From Lingula anatina (Eukaryota; Animalia; Brachiopoda), in assembly GCA_051362555.1 (NCBI GenBank), contig CM120645.1:22630001-22694000 (forward strand): a DNA stretch of 64,000 nucleotides, written 5' to 3'. Positions 1 through 12,569 of the stretch are shown piece after piece. Below the pieces are notes generated by a model, which saw only the letters and a list, made by a program, of their open reading frames with translations, had not been told where the DNA came from and made no database searches. Within the stretch, counting starts at the first letter, position 1. Each line of letters starts with the position of its first letter. The position numbers and the translations under genes are program-made.

Positions 1-96
1 AGTCCGTCCCTCTACGTATATTACCTTAATGCTCTTTGTAGATGTATTTTATATTTGGTTTGAATCATATCATCATATTCTTTAAATGTGTTACAG

Positions 97-629
97 TTCT
101 TGCTGCCGATGGGACCACCATCCGATTGCCGTTCTATAACCGCGTGCAAGGCTACTGGGGTAATTTAAGAGCCGCTGCTGATACAGGGGTTCTTCGGGTA
201 CGTTACAAATTATTTTACACTTAGTGAAACACTGCACAGTTACACTTCTGTGTTACTGAATTCTACACACACAATTCCGTATGTGTATTTTGCCTTGCGA
301 ACAAGCATTGCCTGTTATTTTCAAACGATCAAGACTAGTAAAACGGTCTCTCTCGTCATGATCGAACCCTTAGGATCCTTGTTAAGGGCATCAGTGTGTC
401 TTTACAAAGACTTAAAATGAACACATTAAGTATTGTAACGATTTGGTAATTAAGTTGCTGCATTGAAAGGATTCTTCATATTTCCTATTGCACTTGACAT
501 CGAATGCGGTCAACGTAGACCTGTGCCATCAGGAATTTGGCTTCTACATGCTATAATAACCTCGACTTACGAGTGCAGTTAGTTATATTTCAACTATCTC
601 AGCCAATGAATCTGCTGGTTTCATGGTTA

Positions 630-682
<53 letters not shown>

Positions 683-1762
683 GAGAAAAATGTTGGGTGC
701 ATAGCTAATGTGAACCAAAAGCAGGGCGTTGCATTTGATATAATTGGTGGATTGGTTATATCTAACACATTGCATTATTTTTTCTTTTATCTTCTTTGCG
801 TTTATTGCAGTCTATGACCTATAACAAAAAGTCAAGCTCCAGTGGAATCCATGTCATTTGGAGTGTCAACGTGCGGAATCAGGCACACAACACCTGTGCC
901 AAATGGTCCGTTACATTTAACGGTGCTCAGTGCTCCAATCCTGGGAGTATTGAAAATATCATCTATACGCATGACATGGATACTGCAGCAACCGTGAGTT
1001 GGAATCTCCCTGGAATTGGTAAGACATAATGATTCTATGATAGTATACGCTAGACCTCGTAGAATGCCACATCGGGGCAGTGCATGGTCCCATACACTGT
1101 AAGACTACTAGCAAAACCACGTATTATTGGTCATGAGTAGATGTATAATTTACTCTGGCGTACTGGTAATACAAGCTAAAAGAGCTCATGGATTTTGAAT
1201 TGATAGCATGATTTCAAATTCAAACATCTTTCTTTTTATACATAGATTTTAAGCCGAGTGGGACAGTGCACCGATAATCTATACTAAATTCATTGTATGT
1301 ATGATTAACAGTGGCGGATTTAGGTGGGGTGTCAGGGAATCCTGACCCCCTCCCCCACCCCCTTGCGATTTCTGATAAAGGAAAAACGCACCCAAAACGT
1401 CTAACTGAATCATAGTTCTAAACCGTACCAAATGGCGCCATTTGCCCTCCAAATTACAATTTTAGGGGTCCCGAACCTGACGCCAAGGGGGTGAGGGTCG
1501 GCCTCGCAATCCGAGGCCTGTCAAAAACCTGCCCTGAAAAACCGGACCCCTCCCCCTTCAAAATATTCTGGATCCGCCCCTGATGAATGTCATATGTTTC
1601 TTGTTTCTTCCAGTGGATGGCATATGCTTTGGAATCGGGCGCGGTGACGTAACCATTGCTTTGGAAGTTGGTGCGTGTCCTTCGTATCCAGGACACAATG
1701 CATATACCGGCATGGGATCTGGTACCTTCCTCATGGTGGAAGAGGTATTTCGTGGAGTCTAA
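97..1762 (+). CDS. 3' end (last 3 exons: 97-197, 811-1018, 1614-1762) of a CTHRC1-C-terminal-domain gene, upstream paralog
   Basis: AG/GT-bounded exons of the same lengths (101, 208, 149 nt) as the last exons of the copy at 33153-40355. Translation SMTYNKKSSSSGIHVIWSVNVR...CAKWSVTFNGAQCSNPGSIE...VDGICFGIGRGDVTIALEVGAC...FLMVEEV resembles the CTHRC1 C-terminal domain (WxxTFNGxEC, GxCxGIGxG, IEE). Confidence 0.8.
1309..1582. mobile_element. Non-autonomous TIR element (MITE), CAG...CTG ends
   Basis: Ends CAGTGGCGGAT / ATCCGCCCCTG; flanks ATTAA/ATGAA; absent at the equivalent intron position near 40180. Confidence 0.6.
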
Positions 1763-4700
1763 CAGAAGACCAAAATCTACGATTTTGTAGCTTTAGCCAA
1801 AGGTTCGCAAGAGAAACTCTGTAGATACACAGAAAATGCCCTTACTTTACCAATAAAAAGGTCACCTTTGAACCTTTACAAAGAAAACAATCTCTGGTGT
1901 TTTGGATAATTGGAGCATCTTTTGCATGTTCGGGTGTGTTTTGTCTTTTTCGGGAGTGGTGTGCGATTTATATGCTGTAACATAAATATGATAAGAGTAC
2001 TGACCTGTCTGAATGAACGGTGGAACTATAGTGACATAAACAATTGTAATATCAGTTTTGTATGCTATTTTAGTATTGACCCTAATAACTTTCAGCTTTA
2101 ATGCACGAAATCGTGTTAAAAAGTGTATTTGTGATATTATACATTATCAAGGCGTCAACACTATTATTGTCCAGTATAAATGGACCTTTTATGGATGAAG
2201 CTTTTGCAGCTGAGTTGAAACTTTTTTTCAAATTCTACAATAAAACGTGCATTCTCACTTCTGTTTCTTGTATTGTTTTTGAGTTATTATTGAAATAATA
2301 GAAAAGTGGCATCATTCTTTGTTTTACCGAAAGGACGCCAAGATCGATGGACTTCAGCGGGAAAGTTACTTCAATACAATATCCGCGTTTTGTGAAACTA
2401 TTGATTTCCTTGTGAGGACATCTGAATAAGTTTCCTACACTAATGTCCAGTGATTTTAGGAGGTAAACAAAGTAAAAAAAGTTCTCATTGTGGTTGGAAT
2501 ATTTTCACATGATACAGAATATCAGAATATGTATAGCAAATACAAGAAACAAAAAAGAAAAGACATAAAACGGGCCATCTTAAAGCAATTAGATGGAAGT
2601 ATTGCATCATTAAACCATATTTTTTTATTTTGACCGAAGAGGAATACTATTACAGTTGGCAATTGTGAAATAGAATTTAGAGTTTAGAACGTTCTAGATA
2701 TGTCTATATTTATCTATGATTTAAAGTAGTGGGTGCTTTTCCTATCGGTCAATAAACCATGGCCTGATGAAAAGCATTACCTCTACAGTGCAAGGACTAC
2801 TGTCACGTGATATTTTTTTCTAATTAATGTATTTTGATGTGTAAAACATGTTGTTTGCTGTTTTGCTCGATATACGATATCAAAAATACAATTGAGCATC
2901 GGGATTGAGGACAATACCCTTGAGGTTCTCTGGTCCTTCCTGGGAGGGGGGGCAGAACACAACAGTTGTCACATGAAGGAATTTGTCCTGCTTGTCAGAA
3001 CTAGTGTATTGTGCTCCTCATAGCAAGGTGCTGGTTCTCCAGTTCCAAGCAATACCTCTTGATAAATCGCAGGCTTCAATGGATCTGATTTCTTAAAATG
3101 GACATGCGTCTCTTCCTCCCCCCCCCCCCCAACCACCACCATCACCGACAAACAAACCACACACACACACGTTAGTCTATCTAACTATATACAGGGGGGG
3201 TCTTTTAAAACTACATTACATTAATTTAATGAGTGTGTTTAATTCACTTCTAGAAAATGACTTAAGAATTTAAAAACATTTATCTTTCATTATAACTGAA
3301 ATATTTATGGCTAAGAATGCGCTTATTTATTGTCATGGCCTAAATGATTTTAAAACAGATTTTTTAAACAAGTTTTTAAACAAGTTGGTTTTTAAATCAA
3401 TTACATTAAAATTATTCATCCCCTTTATTTTCTTGTATTTTCATACTGTAAAGTCTTTTGAACAAAATGAGTTTTTGGACTTTAAATAAATATTTTATCA
3501 TTAATCAGACCATGGCATTTAACAACTAGGAAAAATGTACACGCTGTTGACTAATGTTAAAGTTCATTATCGACCGCGGAAACACTGTAGGCAAAGTCAC
3601 ATCAGGTTCTATAAAATATGTATTTCTGTTAGGTTCAGAGTGTCCTCTTTTGAGTTTCGTTAGGTATTCTTGATCTGGTTACTTTACGTATATTGTGCAA
3701 TAGAAATCAACTAACGAATTTATATAGTCAGTGAGATCAGGTTATGGCAGTATGGCCAACTAAGAATTTGCGAATATTCCCTCTTTCAGCAGTTCCGTTG
3801 TTAAAGATAAACGAAAGTTTCTGGGTGCAAAAGTAGCTTTTGAAAAACGGCACTTTACATGTATAGTCTAAGTGGTCACAATATACATGTATCTTTTTTC
3901 AAAAAGCACATTGTTTTCTGATTGTCAGAATTATTAAGAAAAAAAAAACAGATCCTTCCACCGGGAATAGGTGTTTAAAGTTGTTGTGCTTTAAAATATT
4001 TTTAAATATTAAAAAAACCAAAAGATCATATAAGAGGCGTGAGTTGTTTGCATAGCGCAGATTTTGATCAATGTTCATTAAAGTCAGTGCTTTGTTTACG
4101 TCATTGGGTATTCATATCACAGAATGACGTTAACTAGCTCTGTGAACAGTCAATAGTACATCCGTGCCCAAATATATTTGCCTAATAGAAAAGGCCGAGA
4201 AACCTCGATTGGACAACATGTTGAACCCGATAGGTTAACAAATGGTTAAATCGATTCTTTTCTATAGATCGCACTTCTTAAAAACTAAAATCAAACATTC
4301 GGATTTAATACGTCTTACTTGTATGTCCAAATAAATGGCGTTGAAAGATTTGATATATCGTCCTTAAATAAATACCGCAGATATATTTGACAACTACATG
4401 TATCCCTAAAATGGTGCAGATATTTGATACCCCTTAGCAAAAGTTTGCAGCAATATTGGTGCAAACTGAAATTTGGTGGCAACGAGTTTTCAGGAGTTTG
4501 CAAAAAAACCTTTATTGCTGCTAATTTGATGATATCCTGTAAATTGTGTTAATCCAAAGGCAGCGCATTTCCACTACCATCGGTTATGGTTTCAGTATAT
4601 CAACAAACTTCTCGTGACGGATAGACACCTAACCACTCACAGCAGGCCGCATGCTTTACTGAGTCTTTAAGCGAAATAAATAAATGAAACAGGGCTTCTG

Positions 4701-5184
4701 AAATAAAGAAAAAAAGGAAAACTAAGGGAATAGAAGGTTTCCGTAAATTGTGTATCGTCAAAATCTAATGATGTTTCAAAATTTTATATTTATTGTAATC
4801 TTGATTTTCAGGCGTACCAGTAGTGTATTTTGTTGTTGTTGTTTTCAGATTATTTATATTAAGAATAAGTTATTTATTTCGCTTTATACAAATTAACTGT
4901 CTATGCGTTTAATAGGTGAAATGATTTCATAAGGTGCCCTGAGGTTATTAAAGTTTTATGTTATATATATACAATATATAACGATAAAAATTATATACAT
5001 ATACACATACACATACGTACATGTAATAACAATACAATAGGACAAACTTATAAAAAGTGTGATTTATATTACTGTCTTGTCATACAATGAGGCAAATTGC
5101 CAATAAAGATAAGTCATTCTTTATGAAAAGAGCAGTGAAATATACTTATAAGAGTGATGGTCATCACCTTTAACATAACACTAG

Positions 5185-5373
5185 TATCGTAATGAAAATG
5201 ATTAAAAGTACAGATACAAAGTTGTGATTGTAATGAATACATTGTACCTTTCATAATTGATACAATATACATTTGTTAAGAGGTTAAACAGTGTAAGTAA
5301 GAGAGTTAAAGAGTGCATGTGTTGTTCAATAATAACAAAAGAATAAGGGAGTATAGTTATCATTCCTTCAGGA
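5185..5373 (+). repeat. 5' LTR remnant (189 bp)
   Basis: Identical to 11795-11983, then abruptly fused to RT thumb-coding sequence. Confidence 0.9.
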
Positions 5374-5383
5374 GCCATAATAA

Positions 5384-7797
5384 CCTGTTCCAAAAAGTAC
5401 AAAAGATGTGAGAAGTTATCTAGGATTGTGTAATTTTTATAGGAGATTTATTAAAGACTTCAGTAAAATAACTGAACCTTTGAACAAATTATTGAGAACA
5501 AATGTTCAATTTGAATGGAATCAAGAATGTCAGTCAGCATTTCAACAATTGAAAGACTTACTTGTGTCACCACCCATCTTAGTATATCCGATATGACAAA
5601 AGAATTCATATTAACCACAGATGCATCTATTAAAGCAATCGGTTTTATTTTAGGTCAAAAGGATGAAAATAACCGAGAAAGAGTTATTGCCTACGGTGGC
5701 AGATCTTTAAACAACGCAGAAAAGAATTACTCAATACATGAATTAGAATGTTTAGCAGTAGTAGAAGGAATAAAGCAGTTTGAATCGTATTTGGCTAATA
5801 ATCATTTCAAAGTTTTCACAGATAACAAAGCCATTACGTGGTTACAAACGTTGAAACATTCCACAGGTAGATTGATAAGATGGGCACTGAAATTACAGGG
5901 CCTCGATTTTGAAATTGAACACAGAGCTGGAAAAACAAACCCAGCTGATGCTCTTTCAAGACGCGAATATGATGAAGACAATTGTTTACAAAACAAAGAT
6001 TGTGTACATGTCGTGGATGATATAAGCAGACAGAAGTGTCAAAACAGTGGTTTGGTGCAAGCTAGGTTATATGTAGCAACAGAAACAGAAAATGTTAATA
6101 GACAAAATGAGAATGGAAATAGTCAGATATTTGCTATTGACGTAGAAATTGAAAATGAAAAAGATAGATTGAAACAACAACAGCAAGAATGTCCTGACTT
6201 TAGTGATATAATAAATTATTTAGAACATAATGAATTACCAAATGACTTAAAACAAATGCGAAAGATAATTGCAGAATCTGAACAGTACGTAATGATTGAC
6301 GGTATATTATATCACCTTTACCAACCAAGGACAAAAGGGAAAACAGAAAACTTGAGAATCATAAAACAGCTAGCTGTTCCAACAGATTTAAGATGTGATA
6401 TATTGCATGAATATCATGATTCGCTCGCAGCAGGTGCTCACCAAGGTTGTGATAGAACATTCGCATCAATTAGAAATAAATATTTCTGGAAAGCAATGTT
6501 TAGAGATGTGCAAGAATACGTTAAATCTTGTGAAACTTGCCAAAAAGTAAAGAAATTGCGGAAAGATGCACCAGCACCATTGAATCCATTGCCAATAACA
6601 AATGTGTTTGAAAGACTTCATATGGATATCCTTGGTCCGTTGACAAAGTCTGAAGAAGGTTACAAATACATCTTGTTAGTTTCGTGCGCTTTTTCAAATT
6701 TTTCTGAAGCAATTCCTTTGAAAACACAGGAAGCAAAAGAAATTGCAATGGCACTTTACCGTGATGTATTTACACGTTATGGTTGTCCGAAATATTTGAT
6801 TTCAGATCGCGGAAAGAATTTCCTATCCTTGATAATTCAATCTTTATGCAAATTGTTTCATATAAAACGGTATCATACGAGTGCATGGCACCCTCAAACA
6901 AATGCCGTATGTGAGAGAACAAATTCTATTATTGCGCAAACGTTGAGAGCATACTGTGAGAAAGACCAAATGAATTGGCCTGATATATTACCTGGAGTAA
7001 TGATGGCATTGAGAATGACACCGTGTACACAATCTACTAAATATTCACCATATTATTTAGTTTTTGGAAAAGAAATGCGTACACCTTTAGATACAGATAT
7101 CTTAGCTGAAGATAAACCTGTACAGAATATGCATCAATATATTAAAGAACTACAAGAAAATTTAGAGATAGCTAGGGAAATTGCCACGAAAAACAAAGAA
7201 ACAGCACAGAAAGTTTATAAAAAGAATTATGATAAAAAAACGAAGGTACCAACATTTAGAATAGGAGATAGAGTGTGGGTATACACACCTTTGACACCAA
7301 AAGGATTGAGTTCAAAATTGCATGTGAAATATAAAGGTCCTTATTACATAACAAAAGTGTTATCGACAGGTTATACATATATTCTGAGAGACTGCACAAC
7401 TCATAAAGAATTATCATCTCCTGTTCATGCAAATAGATTAAAACAGTACTATGACCCTAGAGATTATACACGCTATAGAAAAGTTAGTGAGAGCAAAAGT
7501 GAAGAAAATAAGATAACCCAAGAAGTGTTAGCAAAGGACAGTGAATCACAAAACGCATCGAATGATAAAGAGCAAGCCCAAACAAATGATGTGAATGAAG
7601 ACGAATGGTATGAAGTTGAAAGGTTATTATGTTGTAAAAACATCAACAAGAAAAGACATTACAAAGTGAAATGGAAAAATTACAAAACGCCTACATGGGA
7701 ACCAGAAGAAAATATATCAGATGCGTTAAAACGAGATTTTCACATAAACAGAACATTACAAGGTCAACGAAAAAGAAAGAAGAAAAGTAAAGAATAG
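5384..7797 (+). pseudogene. pol: pol remnant: RT thumb, RNase H, integrase (HHCC, DDE core, GPY) and C-terminal chromodomain; 1-nt frameshift at about 5590
   Basis: Motifs SYLGLCNFYRRFI, TTDAS, ELECLAV, TDNKA, ADALSR, HDSLAAGAHQG...CETC, HMDILGP, ISDRG, ERTN, KGPY, and chromodomain WYEVERLL...YKVKWKNY...TWEPEENI. Confidence 0.92.
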
Positions 7798-8029
7798 TTA
7801 GTAAATATAGAAAAGAATGTATGATTAATAGACGAAATTTTATTTAAATCTCATTAAAGTTAATTGAGAAGAAAATTTTAGGGATAATTTAGATATGATT
7901 AACTAAGGCTATGCGCAAACTTTCACCTCCTTTCTCTTACTATCACATATTTCTTATCTTTCTCTAGATGAGCCACGGTTGACCAATTTCTGCATATTCC
8001 CTAAAATCCTGAACTTTAATGGACTGGTT

Positions 8030-10390
8030 ATGAAGATTCTCATCACCATTTGTATGTTGACAGTTACAGTGAGTGTAGCAGAACAGCGTATTAATTATGG
8101 TGTAGAATTTAAACCAATTACTAGAATGATTACCGGAGTTGGATATTGGAAACATACATTCAAGTTAGATTTACCTAGATTGCATGAAGTAGAGAATATT
8201 AAGTCACCTTGTCCTAATCAAGAGTATATGTATTGTTATTATTACATTCACAAGGGCCTGGAAACCTTGATGTCAATGAAAAGTCAGACGGTACACGATT
8301 TAAACATCACTTTAAATGCAATATATGATATGTTACCTGATATTGAAATGAAAGATCAGTCCCGTTCTCAAAGATCATTGTTACCATTGGGAAATTTCTT
8401 TAAAAATTTGTTTGGAGTATCAAGTGAATCAGATGTAGATGAACTACGTAAATATGTTAAGCTGTTTATAAAAACAAACGAAAAAAGGTTTGAAGTACAA
8501 GGACACGAATTATCCTCGTTTATGCACAACGTAGACCACAGAATGGAAAACATGAAAAAGGCCGTTGTTCGTAATTATAATTTATCAAAACAATTACGTT
8601 CACAATTACAGCAAAGTGATACGGCAAGGAGTATTGTATTCCATTTATCAATAATATTTATGCATGAAAATATGGCAAATTCTCAATTAATGTTTGCGTT
8701 TAACAACGTATTGTTAGGATGTTTACAGTTGACAAAAGGGCAATTATCGCCATTGCTGGTTTCCCAAGAGCATTTAAAACAGATCATTAATCAAATTGAA
8801 AAGGAAGCACAGAAAACGATCAATCCGCTACATGTTATTTATTCAAATCCTAAATATTATTTCAAGGAAGGACAGTTTACATATGGAAAACACAAAAATT
8901 CATTATTCATTAACCTACAAATTCCTATTTCTGCTTATCCCCATACATTAGATGTTTATGAAGTAAAAACATTCCCCGTTCCTTTAAATCAATCTACAAA
9001 CCACGCTTCACAAATACTGGATCTACCAAAATATTTGGCTATTTCTCACGATAAACAACATTATTTTCCCATGAATAATCCTACCTGGAAGAAATGTCAT
9101 GGAGATCATGTCAAATTATGTCCTTTCGTGTATCCTTTCAGGACTGCGACGCATTTCTCCTGTGTTACAGCATTATTTTTTGACTTGTCAGACGTTATTA
9201 CTGAAACTTGTAATTTCCGTTTTCTGCATAATGTCGTTCAACCCAACGTGCGCGAATTATCAATAGGAAAATTGTTGTTATATAATATCACTGATATAAC
9301 AGTGGAGTGCCCTACAAGTACTACTTCCCAACCAGGCTGTCAATATTGTGTGATACATTACTCATGTTTTTGCGGTTTAACCTTAGATAGTTTTTATTTG
9401 CCTCCGCGTGTTTATGATTGCAAGAATGATACATCAATTACAAAATTACACCCTGTTAATCTTGGTTTACTGCAATATTTTTATTCCAACAAAGAAATAT
9501 CACAAATAGGAAGTAATGATTTCTTTTCTCAACCCCTTGATACTAATTCTTCCAGATTACGCATGTACCAACAAGATTTTTCGAAATTTTTAGCGCAGGA
9601 TATGAAAGATCATTTGAATTTAAGAAAACTAGCTCAAGCAGCAAAACACAATGAAAGAATGTATTCTTCAATGGCAGATGCTATTGCAGCAAATGAGATT
9701 TTGCTTCCATCAAATTCAAAACAATCTTTAGTTTGGATTTCCTTAGCAGTTTCGAGTGCGATTATGCTCGTTGTGATCTACTTATGTATCAAGATTCGCA
9801 TTTTAACGCTAACAGTGATGACCCTTAAAAATGTTAATACAGGTGAAGCGATGCCAACTGTACCAACATGGATATTGGGTACAACTACAAAAATTAATTA
9901 TGAAGTACAAACAACTTGTGATGATCCATATTCCTTCATAACATTTCTAATTGCATGTGTTTGTGTAATTTTGGCTATAGTTTGGATACGAGATAAAATT
10001 ATTAAGAAATTATGCATCTTCCACAAGGCACTTCTTATTTTAGAAATTGCCAATGACCAACGATGCATTACTATTCCTATTATTCAGCTGAATGGAAGTC
10101 CTCATTCCTGGCATTTTCATATGACGCAGATCTCTGATATTTTACAAATTGAAGGTAAAATTAGATCAAATTTATTGATTGATTGGCATGATTTGGTGAT
10201 AACAAACTACGTAACTGGTCAGACAATACAACTACCAGCACGTGTTCCGATTTCGTTTATAAAAGCAATACAATTAAACAAAATTATTGATCGCGAATTT
10301 TACAAATTTTTAGCCATTAAACATGCTGGAATGTTATCCTACATTCGATATTGTCCACCAACGTGCACCGGATCGAACTTAGAATCTTAA
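8030..10390 (+). CDS. env: Envelope-like class I fusion glycoprotein (baculovirus F / errantivirus env type)
   Basis: Signal peptide MKILITICMLTVTVSVA; furin-like RSQR followed by fusion-peptide-like SLLPLGNFFKNLFG; heptad region; GQLSPLLVS motif; Cys-rich ectodomain; two TM segments; located between pol and the 3' LTR. Confidence 0.85.
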   Translation: MKILITICMLTVTVSVAEQRINYGVEFKPITRMITGVGYWKHTFKLDLPRLHEVENIKSPCPNQEYMYCYYYIHKGLETLMSMKSQTVHDLNITLNAIYDMLPDIEMKDQSRSQRSLLPLGNFFKNLFGVSSESDVDELRKYVKLFIKTNEKRFEVQGHELSSFMHNVDHRMENMKKAVVRNYNLSKQLRSQLQQSDTARSIVFHLSIIFMHENMANSQLMFAFNNVLLGCLQLTKGQLSPLLVSQEHLKQIINQIEKEAQKTINPLHVIYSNPKYYFKEGQFTYGKHKNSLFINLQIPISAYPHTLDVYEVKTFPVPLNQSTNHASQILDLPKYLAISHDKQHYFPMNNPTWKKCHGDHVKLCPFVYPFRTATHFSCVTALFFDLSDVITETCNFRFLHNVVQPNVRELSIGKLLLYNITDITVECPTSTTSQPGCQYCVIHYSCFCGLTLDSFYLPPRVYDCKNDTSITKLHPVNLGLLQYFYSNKEISQIGSNDFFSQPLDTNSSRLRMYQQDFSKFLAQDMKDHLNLRKLAQAAKHNERMYSSMADAIAANEILLPSNSKQSLVWISLAVSSAIMLVVIYLCIKIRILTLTVMTLKNVNTGEAMPTVPTWILGTTTKINYEVQTTCDDPYSFITFLIACVCVILAIVWIRDKIIKKLCIFHKALLILEIANDQRCITIPIIQLNGSPHSWHFHMTQISDILQIEGKIRSNLLIDWHDLVITNYVTGQTIQLPARVPISFIKAIQLNKIIDREFYKFLAIKHAGMLSYIRYCPPTCTGSNLES

Positions 10391-11780
10391 ATATAACTTG
10401 ATATTTTCAAACCATCAAATTTTAAAAGAACGGCATAGTAAAATTATGGAGCATAGCAATTGCATTAATGATGTGTGTACGACAGTTTGTATTTAGAAAT
10501 ATTTTTTTATGTTAAATGTGTTTAAATGTATGGAATGTACCATTAATTAATAAATTCAGATGGACATATGACATTGAAATGAGATGAACTGATTTTACAT
10601 GAAATATAATGAACTCTGTTCCAGAGACAAAATGTTAGAACAAATGAACATTGACTTTTAATGTATATACATATACGTATATCATATTATTAATATTGTC
10701 ACAATGAATTATTCAGTGAATGAATATGACATAATTTCATATTTGATTGACATTTATGAATGATTTATAATGGAAATATTAGTGGAGATTTCCAATTGAA
10801 TATTAGTGAATATACAGGAAACTGTGGACATTTATTCACAAGAATAGTCACAAACACGGACTATACGTTTATTTTGTTGTAAATGATGCAGAATAAACAT
10901 CATTTTCATTGAATGAACTTTAATTTAATCATTCAAATTATAAAAAAAAAATTTATATACTTGACAAATGGTTAATGATTTAAATGCCATTAACATATTG
11001 TGTAATATATTAAGAATTACTATTAAATAATATACATGTAAGTATATTGTTGTTACCTTAGACTTTATACACTTTATAACGATATATAATTAGCAGTACA
11101 CTAAATTGCATGCAAATTAATGTAGTGGAACTAATTTCTATTTTAGAAAGCAAGATGACATGGAACAACAAATATAAAATTTGAAAGGAATTATTGTTTT
11201 TGAATATCAACAAATTGTGGATGTACGTAAATGTATTATAAATAGTGGTTATTCACAACCATAAAGGAAAACACTACAGTATGGATGATAATAACAAACG
11301 AAATGCAGATTTTCACCACGGACAATGTGCTGGTCACAATGTTGGTGATGATGGCTGTATATTCGAAAAGGAGTCATGACCCTATAATCCAACGTAGTGT
11401 ATTTAAGAAGATATTATAAAAATGTGTCAGAGCCATAATAAGAGAATTACATGTTAAAATTACACAAATTATTAATAAAGTTGAGCATGTGTATTCTTGG
11501 GCCGCACATTGAAGACAATAAAGGAAAACACATTACGCATCCACGCGTATCGCAAAATTTGATTAGTATTATTTATCCTTTCTAATATATTCATTGTTTC
11601 ATGTCAACTAAATAACTATATATATCTATATTATACCATATTATTAAGTCTAATGACATTATTTTAAACTTTTTAAATAGTTTTTTTTAGTTATGCAATG
11701 CTTGTGCTTCTACATTCAATAAAATAGAGAGAATGTATATCGTAATAAAAAAAAGGGGGAATTCGAGGACGAATTTATTT

Positions 11781-11790
11781 GAAGAGAGGG
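11781..11790 (+). promoter_or_regulatory. Polypurine tract, preceded by an ATTCG-AGGA-CGAAT hairpin
   Basis: GAAGAGAGGG just before the 3' LTR; 5-bp stem at 11761-11774. Confidence 0.75.
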
Positions 11791-11794
11791 TGTA

Positions 11795-12328
11795 TATCGT
11801 AATGAAAATGATTAAAAGTACAGATACAAAGTTGTGATTGTAATGAATACATTGTACCTTTCATAATTGATACAATATACATTTGTTAAGAGGTTAAACA
11901 GTGTAAGTAAGAGAGTTAAAGAGTGCATGTGTTGTTCAATAATAACAAAAGAATAAGGGAGTATAGTTATCATTCCTTCAGGATGATACAATGAAAAATC
12001 TGTATTAATAGAAATGGCGACCTAAGGTCAAGTAACATACCATTGCCTAATAAGAGAATGATTATATTTTGGGTAATGACGTAATGATGGAAAGTTATGG
12101 AAAAAGGGATAATCATAGACATTGTGTAAGAGCTGAGGAATTATTACATTACCAAATAAGGTAATGTAGGAGAAAGACTTTGTGATACATCATGACATTG
12201 GAATGATGATCTATAGGATAAAAGAGAATGCATTGTAACTGGAAAATAAGAATATACGAATAAATCTTTTAGGCCCCCAAAAGATGTATGTTCTTCATTT
12301 ATAGTACTGGCGAAATATCGGTACTATA
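11795..12328 (+). repeat. 3' LTR (534 bp), termini TATCGTA...TACTATA
   Basis: Start defined by shared sequence with the 5' remnant; end defined by the CTAG TSD and the paralogous empty site. Confidence 0.85.
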
Positions 12329-12569
12329 CTAGTACACTTATTTTAGGAGAATCAACGGACTGTGATGAGACGCCGATGTTCAATATTCAATAGATATCCA
12401 GGGAGACCGAGCGCGATCACTACTCTGGTGTTGTCGTTGTAAGCTCACGTCTCTATAACTATCTTAACATATCTACTTTCTCTATATGTGAGACATTTTG
12501 CTGAATAACAGTACCTTGCTGCAACCATTTCGCCTGATTAAAGGATTGGTTTGTTTCATTGGATTATGT

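Larger units (their letters stand above)
5185..12328 (+). mobile_element. Ty3/gypsy LTR retroelement with env-like ORF, internally deleted (rest of 5' LTR, PBS, gag, PR and most of RT lost)
   Basis: CTAG target duplication (5181-5184, 12329-12332). The 5' LTR remnant 5185-5373 is identical to the start of the 3' LTR. PPT at 11781-11790. Empty site at about 35678. Confidence 0.92.

Noticed and set aside
583-817. ORFs rich in HT/CV repeats (also near 32178-32590, 33398-33629, 38242-38524)
   Set aside because: Translations of (CA)n microsatellites.
5575-5596. Programmed ribosomal frameshift in pol
   Set aside because: Falls within the RT-RNaseH connection (YP/DMTKEF) with no slippery heptamer; better explained as a 1-nt deletion or sequencing error in a defective copy.
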